DNA of 64,000 nucleotides from Bdellovibrionota bacterium (lineage in GTDB: Bacteria; Bdellovibrionota_C; UBA2361; JBGSMV01), in assembly GCA_041739995.1 (NCBI GenBank), contig JBGSMV010000031.1, positions 96,001 through 160,000 on the forward strand, written 5' to 3'. Position numbers and translations under genes: made by a program. The notes beneath the pieces are model-generated. The model saw only the letters and a program-made list of their open reading frames with translations. It had not been told where the DNA came from and did no database searches. Shown here piece after piece: positions 1-9,972 of the stretch. Positions within the stretch are counted from its first letter, which is position 1. Each line of letters starts with the position of its first letter.

Positions 1-476
1 GTCAGGGTGACGATCTGAGCTTCGTTGTCGAAAATGGCGCGCTCCCCTGATGCTCGAATCCCTTCACCCTTAATAATAACGACATTTTCTTTGGCCGTCA
101 GATTTTTGATTCTGTTATTTTCATCGTAGCTTCCCTCAACCTCCGCGGCCGTCAGGATCATGTCCCCTTGTTGCACCTCAACATTTCCCTGGTAGGCAAA
201 GACCCTTTCGGTGCCCTTTAACGTGAGGGTGTCAGATTTAACAAAAGTGGGCAGCTTCCCAAATTCCTTATCTCCCATAAGGCCACCGCCCAGTGAAGCT
301 TTCTCCTTCCCTCCAATGCTTGAAGCAGGCGGGGAGGTTTGAGCGCTCTTAGGAGAACTCTTCTTTGCGCCCTGACCCGCGCGCAGGGTATCGGCGTGTG
401 CCACTCCAACTAAGAGCAAGGTACTGCACAAAACCACTAGGACTTGCGGCAGACCTCTTATTCTCGTCGCTTTCAT
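1..476 (-). CDS. lptA: LPS transport periplasmic protein LptA/OstA (runs off the window edge)
   Basis: Absent from the ORF track and translated manually: MKATRIRGLPQVLVVLCSTLLLVGVAHA (signal peptide)...PTFVKSDTLTLKGTERVFAYQGNVEVQQGDMILTAAEVEG...AKENVVI...ASGERAIFD, an OstA-type pattern. It lies directly downstream of lptC. An alternative in-frame ATG is at 494. Confidence 0.85.
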   Translation of the reverse strand, partial: MKATRIRGLPQVLVVLCSTLLLVGVAHADTLRAGQGAKKSSPKSAQTSPPASSIGGKEKASLGGGLMGDKEFGKLPTFVKSDTLTLKGTERVFAYQGNVEVQQGDMILTAAEVEGSYDENNRIKNLTAKENVVIIKGEGIRASGERAIFDNEAQIVTL

Positions 477-597
477 ACGCATTTCTCTTTCCATCTATCT
501 TAAATGTCTTCCCGCGCTGCGAATCCTGCGGTGGGGTTTCGACAATAGACCCCTCAGTCACAAGATATCCTAAGAAATGACCTAAGTACGTTAAGCC

Positions 598-1344
598 TTA
601 TTCCTGAGCCTTATGTCGCTGCGCTCGCCCCTTTCGCGGTTGTTTTCCCGCATCTGCAACTGCTGCGGTTACGGCTTCTCTCGGCTTAACCATGCTCTCG
701 ACCGAAGCAAGCAACTTCACAATCTGAGACTCAATCTCAACTTCGGCCCCAACTCCTGACACATCAAATGAGGGGCTCGAAAGCTTCACAAATCCTGCCG
801 CATGCACGCGCCCCGCCACCTTGTCGTATTCCGCACGCTCGGTCTCAATGGTCAGTTCATCATTGCGTATCACACGCACATCACCTTCCAACACGGCGCT
901 CACCAGACCAGTGCCTGCAAGAAATAACTTCGCCCGTTTCGCAAGCACTCGAACCTCGGCGCCATCCTCCGTAAATACAAAAAGTTCTGGGGCTTCTACT
1001 TCAGCTTCGTTCTTCTCAGGAAAATACCTTCCCTCAGCTGCAACGATTTCCCATACCTTTTTTCCATCACGCACCTCACTGCGCCTAAAGGTCTTAAGAG
1101 TAAACGGAGACTGATTATCAGGTTCCCCCACCGAGGCTGATGACGGCGACGACTCGCCAAGGCCCTCTGGCAATTCCGTGTCTCCAATACTCGCAATGCT
1201 TCTCTCCTCTTGAGTCAAAGCAATCGGCGCTGATTGACGCTCTTGTACGCGCAAAATCCCAAAACCAAAAAAGGTCGCCAGCGCCAAAACTGCCGCCAGG
1301 ATGCTCTGCTTACGAGAGAGTTGAAAAATACGGGCGAAACTCAA
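598..1344 (-). CDS. lptC: LPS export ABC transporter periplasmic protein LptC
   Basis: Single N-terminal TM followed by a beta-jellyroll pattern (GKKVWEIVAAEG, LEGDVRV, IETERAEYD); located between kdsA and lptA. Confidence 0.8.
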   Translation of the reverse strand: MSFARIFQLSRKQSILAAVLALATFFGFGILRVQERQSAPIALTQEERSIASIGDTELPEGLGESSPSSASVGEPDNQSPFTLKTFRRSEVRDGKKVWEIVAAEGRYFPEKNEAEVEAPELFVFTEDGAEVRVLAKRAKLFLAGTGLVSAVLEGDVRVIRNDELTIETERAEYDKVAGRVHAAGFVKLSSPSFDVSGVGAEVEIESQIVKLLASVESMVKPREAVTAAVADAGKQPRKGRAQRHKAQE

Positions 1345-1440
1345 GTTGGTAGAACTCCTGAACCCAAAATCCCACGAGAATGACGCTGCATCATTGATCT
1401 ATTGAAGGTAAGAACGCCACCTCGCTACTGCAGAGCCCTG

Positions 1441-2289
1441 TTAGCCCTGCGAAGAAAGGAAAAATGCCTCTCTTATCGCACACACGCTGCGAATGACCGA
1501 ACTCACTTCTGAAAGCCGCAACATGCTGGCACCATCAGAAGGTGCCGTATCAGGGTTCTCGTGGCACTCGAGGAAAAGGCCATCCACCCCAAGCGCCGCG
1601 CCAACGCGCGCTAGAGGTGCAACAAATTCTCTCTGCCCCCCGGAAGCGCCACCAGCCTGAGCTCCTCCCATGGATTGTACGGCGTGGGTTGCATCAAGCA
1701 CCACAGGATATCCAATTTTTTGGAGAAGCAAAATGCTGCGCGGATCGACCAGAAGATCGCGGTAACCAAAGCAGGTTCCACGCTCGCATAGCAGAATCCG
1801 TTCATTGCCGGTTGCCGCAACCTTTTCTGCAGCAAACCGCATATCGTCAGGATGTAAGAACTGACCCTTTTTTATGTTCACTACTTTGCCCGTTTTCCCG
1901 ACCGCAGATAGGAAATCGGTCTGTCGACACAGAAAAGCCGGGGTCTGCAGTACATCGACCACTTCCGCGGCCGCGCGTGCCTGCTCCTCGGTGTGTACGT
2001 CAGTAAGAACCGGTATGCCCGTACGACGACGCACCTCTTGAAGCACCATCAATCCCGACTCAAGACCAGGACCACGCTGCGAAGCTACACTGGTTCTATT
2101 GGCTTTATCGAACGAAGCCTTAAATACAAGATTAACTGGCAGGTCCTGCAACCGCTCCCGCAAGGTGCAAGCAATCATGAGACTGTGTTCAAGAGATTCG
2201 ATTTGGCATGGCCCAGCGATAACGAGCAGCTTATTTTGACGCCCGCCAACGCTAATGGCGTCAGTGATTTTAACTTCCTTCATAGTCAT
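1441..2289 (-). CDS. kdsA: 3-deoxy-8-phosphooctulonate (KDO8P) synthase
   Basis: IAGPCQIES, FKASFDKANRTS, PAFLCRQTD, KKGQF and DATHAVQ motifs. Confidence 0.97.
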   Translation of the reverse strand: MTMKEVKITDAISVGGRQNKLLVIAGPCQIESLEHSLMIACTLRERLQDLPVNLVFKASFDKANRTSVASQRGPGLESGLMVLQEVRRRTGIPVLTDVHTEEQARAAAEVVDVLQTPAFLCRQTDFLSAVGKTGKVVNIKKGQFLHPDDMRFAAEKVAATGNERILLCERGTCFGYRDLLVDPRSILLLQKIGYPVVLDATHAVQSMGGAQAGGASGGQREFVAPLARVGAALGVDGLFLECHENPDTAPSDGASMLRLSEVSSVIRSVCAIREAFFLSSQG

Positions 2290-2366
2290 CCAATGATTTC
2301 GCCTGAGAAGCTCTCATACTGAGGACGTTCCCTACTCGGGACTTCCCTATGGAGCGGTCTCAGGTC

Positions 2367-4349
<1,983 letters not shown>

Positions 4350-4558
4350 TTAGAGAAGATACCGAGAGAGTCCAAACTCACATTTGTTGAGGTCTAAGAA
4401 GAGGCAATCCCCGAAAGTCCCCTCCCCCCTCATATTCCAAAATTCTGGTTGAGTTTGAACAGGTTAAATCCTCATAAATTTATCGTAACGATATTAGCTT
4501 TTTAGCAGAAAGTACCCCCATTTTTCGCCTCACTGAGTCCTCAGCCAACTACTGCGTC

Positions 4559-4586
4559 TCATCATTTCGCTGCTCTGCGCCGATAA
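4559..4586 (+). promoter_or_regulatory. Possible sigma-28 (FliA) promoter of the SRP-GTPase-like gene
   Basis: Perfect -10 element GCCGATAA at 4579-4586, about 60 bp before the ORF. The -35 element is weak (TCAT with a 16-nt spacer). Confidence 0.4.
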
Positions 4587-4649
4587 TTCTGGTGAGAGAG
4601 TTTCGTAACCTAGTCAGCTAGAAACTGCTGTGGTTCGGTCTCAGCTGCA

Positions 4650-6116
4650 ATGATTGAAACATCTATTATGAATCTGCTTGCAATCGCCCTGGGGGCTATT
4701 GGTGTGCTCCTCATGGCACATAGTCTGTCAAGACAGTCACTCATTCGAGCACTTGCTCGTGAGCTGCGCGCTATTCGAGAGCGCGAACAAGAGCTCAGGA
4801 TTCGCTTTGATGACCTCTCTTCCAAAGTTAACAACAGCCTGACACAGGTGAGCAAACTCACCAGCATGTACGATAAGCGCATCGCGAACATCGAAGACGG
4901 TCTAAGCCGCAAGAATCCTCAAGAGAAACTCTTTCAATTGGAATCCGAGGTAGATCAGGAGATGCGGGACCGTCTGCTTCGCTTGGAGCAGTTGGCAGTC
5001 TCCGGAGCGACCCCGAGCGCTACGGAGGGCGACAGCAAAGCGGCGACGGCTTCCGAAACACCGTCCGCTGCTCCGACCCAAGACTCAACTCCTTCAGCAC
5101 CAGCGGTGAGCGTACCTCTCAGCACTGTAATGCAGCCATGGAATTCGTCGATTCGAAAAGACTTCGTGACGATCTCGGCTCTCAAGGATGCTCCGGCGAA
5201 AAAGATCATCGAGGCGCTCCAAAAGGCGTTACGTACACACCACATGGAATCTCTAATCGATAGCGCCTTTGAAGAACAACTATCTCACGCATTAGTCTCG
5301 AAAAACGGTAATGGCAGCGCGCATGGGCTAGACCAGGCCTTGCTTTCGGAATCCCTTTCTCGGGCCTTGCAGGAGCATCTCAAACCCGCTCACATGTTCA
5401 GCTGCAAGTCAGCGGAAATTGACCAAAAGCTTCGTACATTACTCATGGTCGGTCCGAAGAACGCAGGAAAGACTGCTCAATGTGTCAGCATTGCGCGAAT
5501 GCTGCAACGTGAGGGAGCAAAGGTTCTTCTGGCGGACTGCACCGGCGGCAGCGAGCGCGACGGCGTCTCTCTTGCAAGCCACCATCGAGCTGGAGACCTC
5601 GAGGTGGTAGCTCCTCTGATAAACACCAAACCACATCATGTGGCCTACAAGGCAATTCATCGCGCACAAGACGAGCACTTCGAGATAGTGCTACTCGACA
5701 CCCCGCCTGCCCTGTCGGGGCGTAACAAAGTTTCCCCTGAAGTTACCTCTATTGCGGGAATGATCGCGCGTGAGCACCCACACCCACCGCACGAAACGGT
5801 GCTTATTCTTGACGCTTCCAACCCCAAAGAGGCGATTACTCAAGGAAAGTGCTTACTCGCCGCAGGGGCATTTTCTGGCCTTGCCCTTACTCATCTTGAC
5901 GCGCTGCCGCATCCAGGCGCCGTGCTTGAGATCGTTTCAGCACTAAACATGCCGCTCTGGTTTGTGAGCTACGGTCCGTCTGAGCGTGAATTCTGTCGCT
6001 TTGATTCGGCTCAGTACTCGAAACTACTTTTTGGTTTAGCCGATGTCACCAAAGAGCCCGAACCCTCTCGCGCAGAGTCGAAGTCAGATGAGAGCGCGGG
6101 TCAGTCTTTTTCCTAG
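4650..6116 (+). CDS. Membrane-anchored FtsY/FlhF-like SRP-family GTPase homologue with degenerate G motifs
   Basis: N-terminal TM (LLAIALGAIGVLLMA), coiled-coil and Ala/Pro/Ser linker, then an NG-like domain: GPKNAGKT, KVLLAD, VLLDT, PHETVLILDA, GLALTHLD, LNMPLWFVSYG...FD. Confidence 0.75.
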   Translation: MIETSIMNLLAIALGAIGVLLMAHSLSRQSLIRALARELRAIREREQELRIRFDDLSSKVNNSLTQVSKLTSMYDKRIANIEDGLSRKNPQEKLFQLESEVDQEMRDRLLRLEQLAVSGATPSATEGDSKAATASETPSAAPTQDSTPSAPAVSVPLSTVMQPWNSSIRKDFVTISALKDAPAKKIIEALQKALRTHHMESLIDSAFEEQLSHALVSKNGNGSAHGLDQALLSESLSRALQEHLKPAHMFSCKSAEIDQKLRTLLMVGPKNAGKTAQCVSIARMLQREGAKVLLADCTGGSERDGVSLASHHRAGDLEVVAPLINTKPHHVAYKAIHRAQDEHFEIVLLDTPPALSGRNKVSPEVTSIAGMIAREHPHPPHETVLILDASNPKEAITQGKCLLAAGAFSGLALTHLDALPHPGAVLEIVSALNMPLWFVSYGPSEREFCRFDSAQYSKLLFGLADVTKEPEPSRAESKSDESAGQSFS

Positions 6117-6175
6117 GAGTCTGTGACGCAGACACAGACGACGAGGTCCCGCCGACTTGTCCGCCGTAGCTCTAG
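6113..6175 (+). mobile_element. Truncated MITE-like element, family C (left arm)
   Basis: CTAGGAGTCTGTGACGCAGACACAGACGA matches the start of 44216-44289 at 25/29 positions and begins at the CTAG containing the upstream stop codon. Confidence 0.6.
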
Positions 6176-6239
6176 AGGCTGTCCGAAAAGTCTGCAAGCA
6201 AGAAGAATACTTAAACGAACTTCTGACTCAGCACCCTAG
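6172..6239 (+). mobile_element. IS-like end followed by the right half of a family B MITE
   Basis: Starts CTAGAGGCTGTCCGAAAA. Then GCAAGCA..ATACTTAAACGAAC..ACTCAGCACCCTAG parallels the 3' half of 9011-9151 (GCAAGCA..ATACTTAAATGAAC..ACTGAGGACACTAG). Confidence 0.55.
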
Positions 6240-6374
6240 CGAATCTCTGAAATACCCGTTTCCCTTCCTTCGTGTTCTTCGTGTTTTAACCAAATCTAGG
6301 CCAAATTCTAGCGTTTGTTTGCACCACTAAGCGCACAAAGACCACTAAGATTTAGTATCCCAGAGTGTCCCTAG
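6236..6374 (+). mobile_element. MITE-like element, family A, copy 1
   Basis: Bounded by CTAG. It is an inverted homologue of 8749-8896, sharing the exact blocks GTTTGTTTGCACCACTAAG and AAGACCACTAAGATTTAGT. Confidence 0.75.
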
Positions 6375-6462
6375 CTGAAATTTTGAATAGCCATGCCCAA
6401 TTAAAAGAAGCGTGAAGAAGTAGCCTTTTGCACCGCGGTGAGCACTCGATGCCAGCCTCGCG

Positions 6463-7182
6463 TCACGGCACGATCGGCTCCAATAGCAGTTCGACTCGCC
6501 GATTGGCCGCCCTCCCCTCGTCGCTACCATTCGAGGCAACCGGTCGAGTATCAGCGTACCCAACTGCGGAGAAGCGGCTTCCCTGCACTCCGTTCTGAAT
6601 CAGCACTTGAACTACCTCAATCGCCCGTCCCGCCGACAGCTCCCAGTTAGACGGGAACTCGCTTGTCGCGATCGGTGTACTATCGGTATGTCCTTCCACC
6701 TTAATGCTTGCTTGCTGAGAGGCCAACATGGGAGCAAGAACTTGTAGGAGCTCACTAGTATTCCCAGACAACTCTCGCTTTCCAGGAAGAAAACCTCCGC
6801 CGCCAAGCGAAATTCCTACTCCTTCGTCCAGAATCTTCAGCTGAATTTCTTCAGGAAACTCCAGTATGGGATCATTGGCATGTCGTACCATGGGCTCGCC
6901 CAACTGTGTCGCAAGCACCTTCCTGGCTTCCTTCGCCAGTTGGACCGAGGCGCTCTGCACCTTGACTCGGCGCTCAAGGGAGAGTCCAAGCCCGCTCGCA
7001 AGACTTTCATTATCAAGCGACGCCATGGAAAGTTGCATGACAAAGCCCGTCAGTAACAGCAAAAGCAAATCCGAAAAGGTGAGAAGCCAGGGAGTTCCTA
7101 AATTCTCTGGATCCCTACCCCTCAGGAGCGAGAGTCCTCGACGGTAGCTCCCACGCACATATTGTCCGGATTCGCCCCTCAT
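6463..7182 (-). CDS. motB: Flagellar motor stator protein MotB/PomB family (Asp-containing)
   Basis: TM motif WLLTFSDLLLLLL; OmpA-like domain with VEGHTD, SNWELSAGRA and NRRVE. Confidence 0.9.
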   Translation of the reverse strand: MRGESGQYVRGSYRRGLSLLRGRDPENLGTPWLLTFSDLLLLLLTGFVMQLSMASLDNESLASGLGLSLERRVKVQSASVQLAKEARKVLATQLGEPMVRHANDPILEFPEEIQLKILDEGVGISLGGGGFLPGKRELSGNTSELLQVLAPMLASQQASIKVEGHTDSTPIATSEFPSNWELSAGRAIEVVQVLIQNGVQGSRFSAVGYADTRPVASNGSDEGRAANRRVELLLEPIVP

Positions 7183-7820
7183 TCGGCGCCCTCAACCACA
7201 ATGGTGACCCTACGATTCTGGGCTCTGCCATACTCCGAGTCGTTTGAGGTCACGGGAACAAACTCGCCTCGACCAGCTGCAGATACTCGCTTGGTCGAAA
7301 CTCCAGCCTGGGTAAAAATCCGCAGCACCGAGACCGCTCGCGCGGCTGAGAGCTCCCAGTTGCTGCGGAATCTGCCACCCATCATGGCCTGGTCATCAGT
7401 GTGCCCCTCAATTCTCGCCACAAGATTTAGTTCGGCAACGATGCGGGCAATGCGCCGGATAATCGGCACATACTCGGGTTGAATCCGGTCATCACCACTT
7501 CCAAAAAGCTCACCACCTGGAAGTGTTAACGTGTAGCGTCCATCCTTCTCAAGCACCCCGAAGTTCGCGCGCGTTGCGATTTGCTTTATCTGAGAAGTGG
7601 TTACTCTTTCGGATCGAAGCTTCTTAAGCCCTGACCTACCACCATAGTGGCTGCGAATCGCCTCTAATACATTAGACTCTTTGATTGAATCTGGAGTCGA
7701 TCGAGAAACTAAATAGACGAAAAGACATAGGAGAATAAGAATCAAGCTCGTGAAGGAGACACCGAACGTTGAGCTTCGTTCTTGCTCGCTCTCTTCTAGT
7801 CTCGCACCCGACCTTCTCAC
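7179..7820 (-). CDS. MotB-family protein lacking the conserved TM aspartate
   Basis: OmpA-like domain intact (IEGHTDD, SNWELSAARA, NRRV). The TM reads FGVSFTSLILILL, with Ser at the Asp position. Confidence 0.85.
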   Translation of the reverse strand: MRRSGARLEESEQERSSTFGVSFTSLILILLCLFVYLVSRSTPDSIKESNVLEAIRSHYGGRSGLKKLRSERVTTSQIKQIATRANFGVLEKDGRYTLTLPGGELFGSGDDRIQPEYVPIIRRIARIVAELNLVARIEGHTDDQAMMGGRFRSNWELSAARAVSVLRIFTQAGVSTKRVSAAGRGEFVPVTSNDSEYGRAQNRRVTIVVEGAE

Positions 7821-7905
7821 TGTGCTTTTTCCTTACGTTCTCTCTGTGCTCGCAACGTCATTCGGAGACCTTGAGAACTACCCTTCGCTGTCTTTGGGTA
7901 GCGTT

Positions 7906-8694
7906 CTACTTGTACTCAGAAACACGCTTATCAGTAGGGAGGAACCCAAGAAGCCTGCGCTCGATAGTGCGTGGATTCAAGCGTTGCGCAAGACAGACCA
8001 CTCCTTCCACTGTGAGCTCTTTGACGAGGAATTCTTCCTCACTACGATTTCTGAGCTTTCCCGCAAACGGTAAGCAAATCACATTGGCAAATAGCGCTCC
8101 GTAGAAGGTAGTGAGCAGAGCTACCGACATCGCAGGTCCGATCTTACTCGGTGTGTCCAAGCTCTGCAGCATTTGCACCAGCCCAATCAGTGTTCCCACC
8201 AGCCCCATCGCCGGAGCAATCGCGCCCATCGTTGAAAAAAGCCGGGCCCCACTGCGATGTCGATCTTCAAGGAACGAAAGCTCAATCGACATCACCCGTC
8301 GAATCTCTCGTTCTTCCACGCCTTCAAGCAGGAGCTCCAGGCACGCCCCAAAGAAAGAATCCTGTTCCTCATCAAACTCACTGCGCAATGAAGCGATATC
8401 TTCAGAGCGAAGTCGGCGAGAGAAATGTAAAATGCGCGCGATGCGCTCGCGCAGTGCGGAACGCTCCGGAAAGAAAGCGGTCTTTACCAACCCAAACGTA
8501 CGCCCCACCTCGGCCAGCGGATGATTGATCATGGTCGCGCCAAGCGTACCCCCAAGGACGATCAACATTGAGGGCACATCCCAAAAGACACGCATGTCTC
8601 CGCCAAGGCGTATGGCGTAGAAGACAAGTCCGAATGCGGCGATAATTCCAAGAATGGTAGCGAAGTCTATTTGCTTGTGTGAGAAAAATAGCAT
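7906..8694 (-). CDS. motA: Flagellar motor stator protein MotA/PomA family
   Basis: DFATILG, DVPSMLIVLGGT, APAMGLVGTLIGLVQML and MSVALLTTFYG motifs. Start uncertain (ATG 8694 chosen). Confidence 0.93.
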   Translation of the reverse strand: MLFFSHKQIDFATILGIIAAFGLVFYAIRLGGDMRVFWDVPSMLIVLGGTLGATMINHPLAEVGRTFGLVKTAFFPERSALRERIARILHFSRRLRSEDIASLRSEFDEEQDSFFGACLELLLEGVEEREIRRVMSIELSFLEDRHRSGARLFSTMGAIAPAMGLVGTLIGLVQMLQSLDTPSKIGPAMSVALLTTFYGALFANVICLPFAGKLRNRSEEEFLVKELTVEGVVCLAQRLNPRTIERRLLGFLPTDKRVSEYK

Positions 8695-8748
8695 GTGTGC
8701 GCTGCTCGTGTTGATGGTTCTCTTCTGGGGAGCGACCTGCTCCAATTG

Positions 8749-8896
8749 CTAGGGACTCTCTGAAAAACTAAATCTTAGTGGTCTTGGTGGTCTTAGTGGT
8801 GCAAACAAACTCTAGCACTTGGCCTGAAGTTGATTAACGCACGAAGACCACAAAGCGTACGAAGATAAAAACACGGGTTATTCAGAAGTTCCCTAG
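8749..8896 (-). mobile_element. MITE-like element, family A, copy 2
   Basis: Terminal inverted repeats CTAGGGACTCTCTGAA / TTCAGAAGTTCCCTAG (13/16); internal 9-nt periodic repeats (CTTAGTGGT; CACGAAGAC); inverted copy of 6236-6374. Confidence 0.8.
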
Positions 8897-9010
8897 TCGT
8901 TTCTATCACTGGCATGGCACTTCGGTCACCGACAAATCTGGGCCCGGCGAGACCACCAGAAGCCCATTCAAAGCTTGGGAAGACGAAGCGGTAGGCCGGG
9001 AACCTCCTAA

Positions 9011-9151
9011 CTAGTATCCTGAGTTAAGAGTTCGAGAAACCATTCTCCCCGCGCTCGCTGAGCTCTTTGTGAATTTTTAATGAATTATACAAAGAGTGCG
9101 GCAAGCACAGCGAGTACGATACTTAAATGAACGTTTAACTGAGGACACTAG
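9011..9151 (+). mobile_element. MITE-like element, family B, copy 1
   Basis: TIRs CTAGTATCCTGAGTTAA / TTAACTGAGGACACTAG (15/17). The right CTAG is the kdsB stop codon. Homologous to 31029-31157. Confidence 0.8.
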
Positions 9152-9951
9152 AGCTTCATCTCGCGTGCATATTCTCGAGCTCGCTCCAAATCCTCTGGGG
9201 TATCGACTTCAATTGAGGGGTGAACCTGAGCAAGCGGGGCCACATGCACAAAGATTTCGATGCCTGCAACAACCGCTCGAAGCTGCTCAAGTTTCTCTCT
9301 TCGCTCCGCCAAAGTGGGCTCAAGCTCAGTAAGGCGTCGAAGCGCCTGTGGTCGAAACAAGTACAACCCCATGTGTTTTAGGCCAATCGGCTCTGCCGTC
9401 GATGGCACAACCTCAGAAGGTTCACGCCAATAAGGAATAGGCGCACGCGAGAAATAAAGTGCGCGCCCGTATTCAGCGCACACCACCTTGACCATCGAAG
9501 GATTCTGAAATTCCTCGTAAGAGGTGAAAGGGCTCGCCGCCGTTCCGATTCCAAAGCGAGCATCGGACTGCAAGAAAGTCTGTAATGCATTCTCGATCAG
9601 CTCCGGATTAATGAAGGGCATATCGCCTTGAATATTTGCGATGCACTTTGGTTCAGCTCCAGTTTTACAGATCTGCTGGAGCACCTCGGCAACCCGGTCA
9701 GAACCGGTAAGGTGCGAAGCACTGGTGAGCGCAACTTCGGCACCGAATTCTTGGGCATGAGCAAGGATTTGCTGATCGTCCGAAGCAACAATGACCCTAG
9801 AAAAGCGTGGCACTTTTGAAGCGCGCTCCCATACGCGCTGCACCAGGGACTTGCCCCCAATGTCCTGCAGTGGCTTGCCAGGTAGCCGTACGCTTTTCAT
9901 GCGGGCGGGAATTATCGCAACACAATCAGAAGGGCTCATAGAGCAGCACAA
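9148..9951 (-). CDS. kdsB: 3-deoxy-manno-octulosonate cytidylyltransferase
   Basis: IIPARMKSVRLPGKPL, TGSDRVAE, NIQGD, ALYFSRAPIP, EKLEQLR and VDTPEDL motifs. Confidence 0.97.
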   Translation of the reverse strand: MCCSMSPSDCVAIIPARMKSVRLPGKPLQDIGGKSLVQRVWERASKVPRFSRVIVASDDQQILAHAQEFGAEVALTSASHLTGSDRVAEVLQQICKTGAEPKCIANIQGDMPFINPELIENALQTFLQSDARFGIGTAASPFTSYEEFQNPSMVKVVCAEYGRALYFSRAPIPYWREPSEVVPSTAEPIGLKHMGLYLFRPQALRRLTELEPTLAERREKLEQLRAVVAGIEIFVHVAPLAQVHPSIEVDTPEDLERAREYAREMKL

Positions 9952-9972
9952 CTTATATAGACAACACGCAAA

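Noticed and set aside
6270..6350. 9-nt periodic repeats considered as a CRISPR array
   Set aside because: The units are too short, there are no unique spacers and no cas genes; they are internal to the family A element.
6463..8694. Zorya (ZorAB) or gliding (AglRQS/TolQR) identity for the mot genes
   Set aside because: MotA has no long ZorA tail, no zorC/D/E genes are adjacent, and both B subunits have OmpA-like domains typical of MotB rather than TolR/ExbD.
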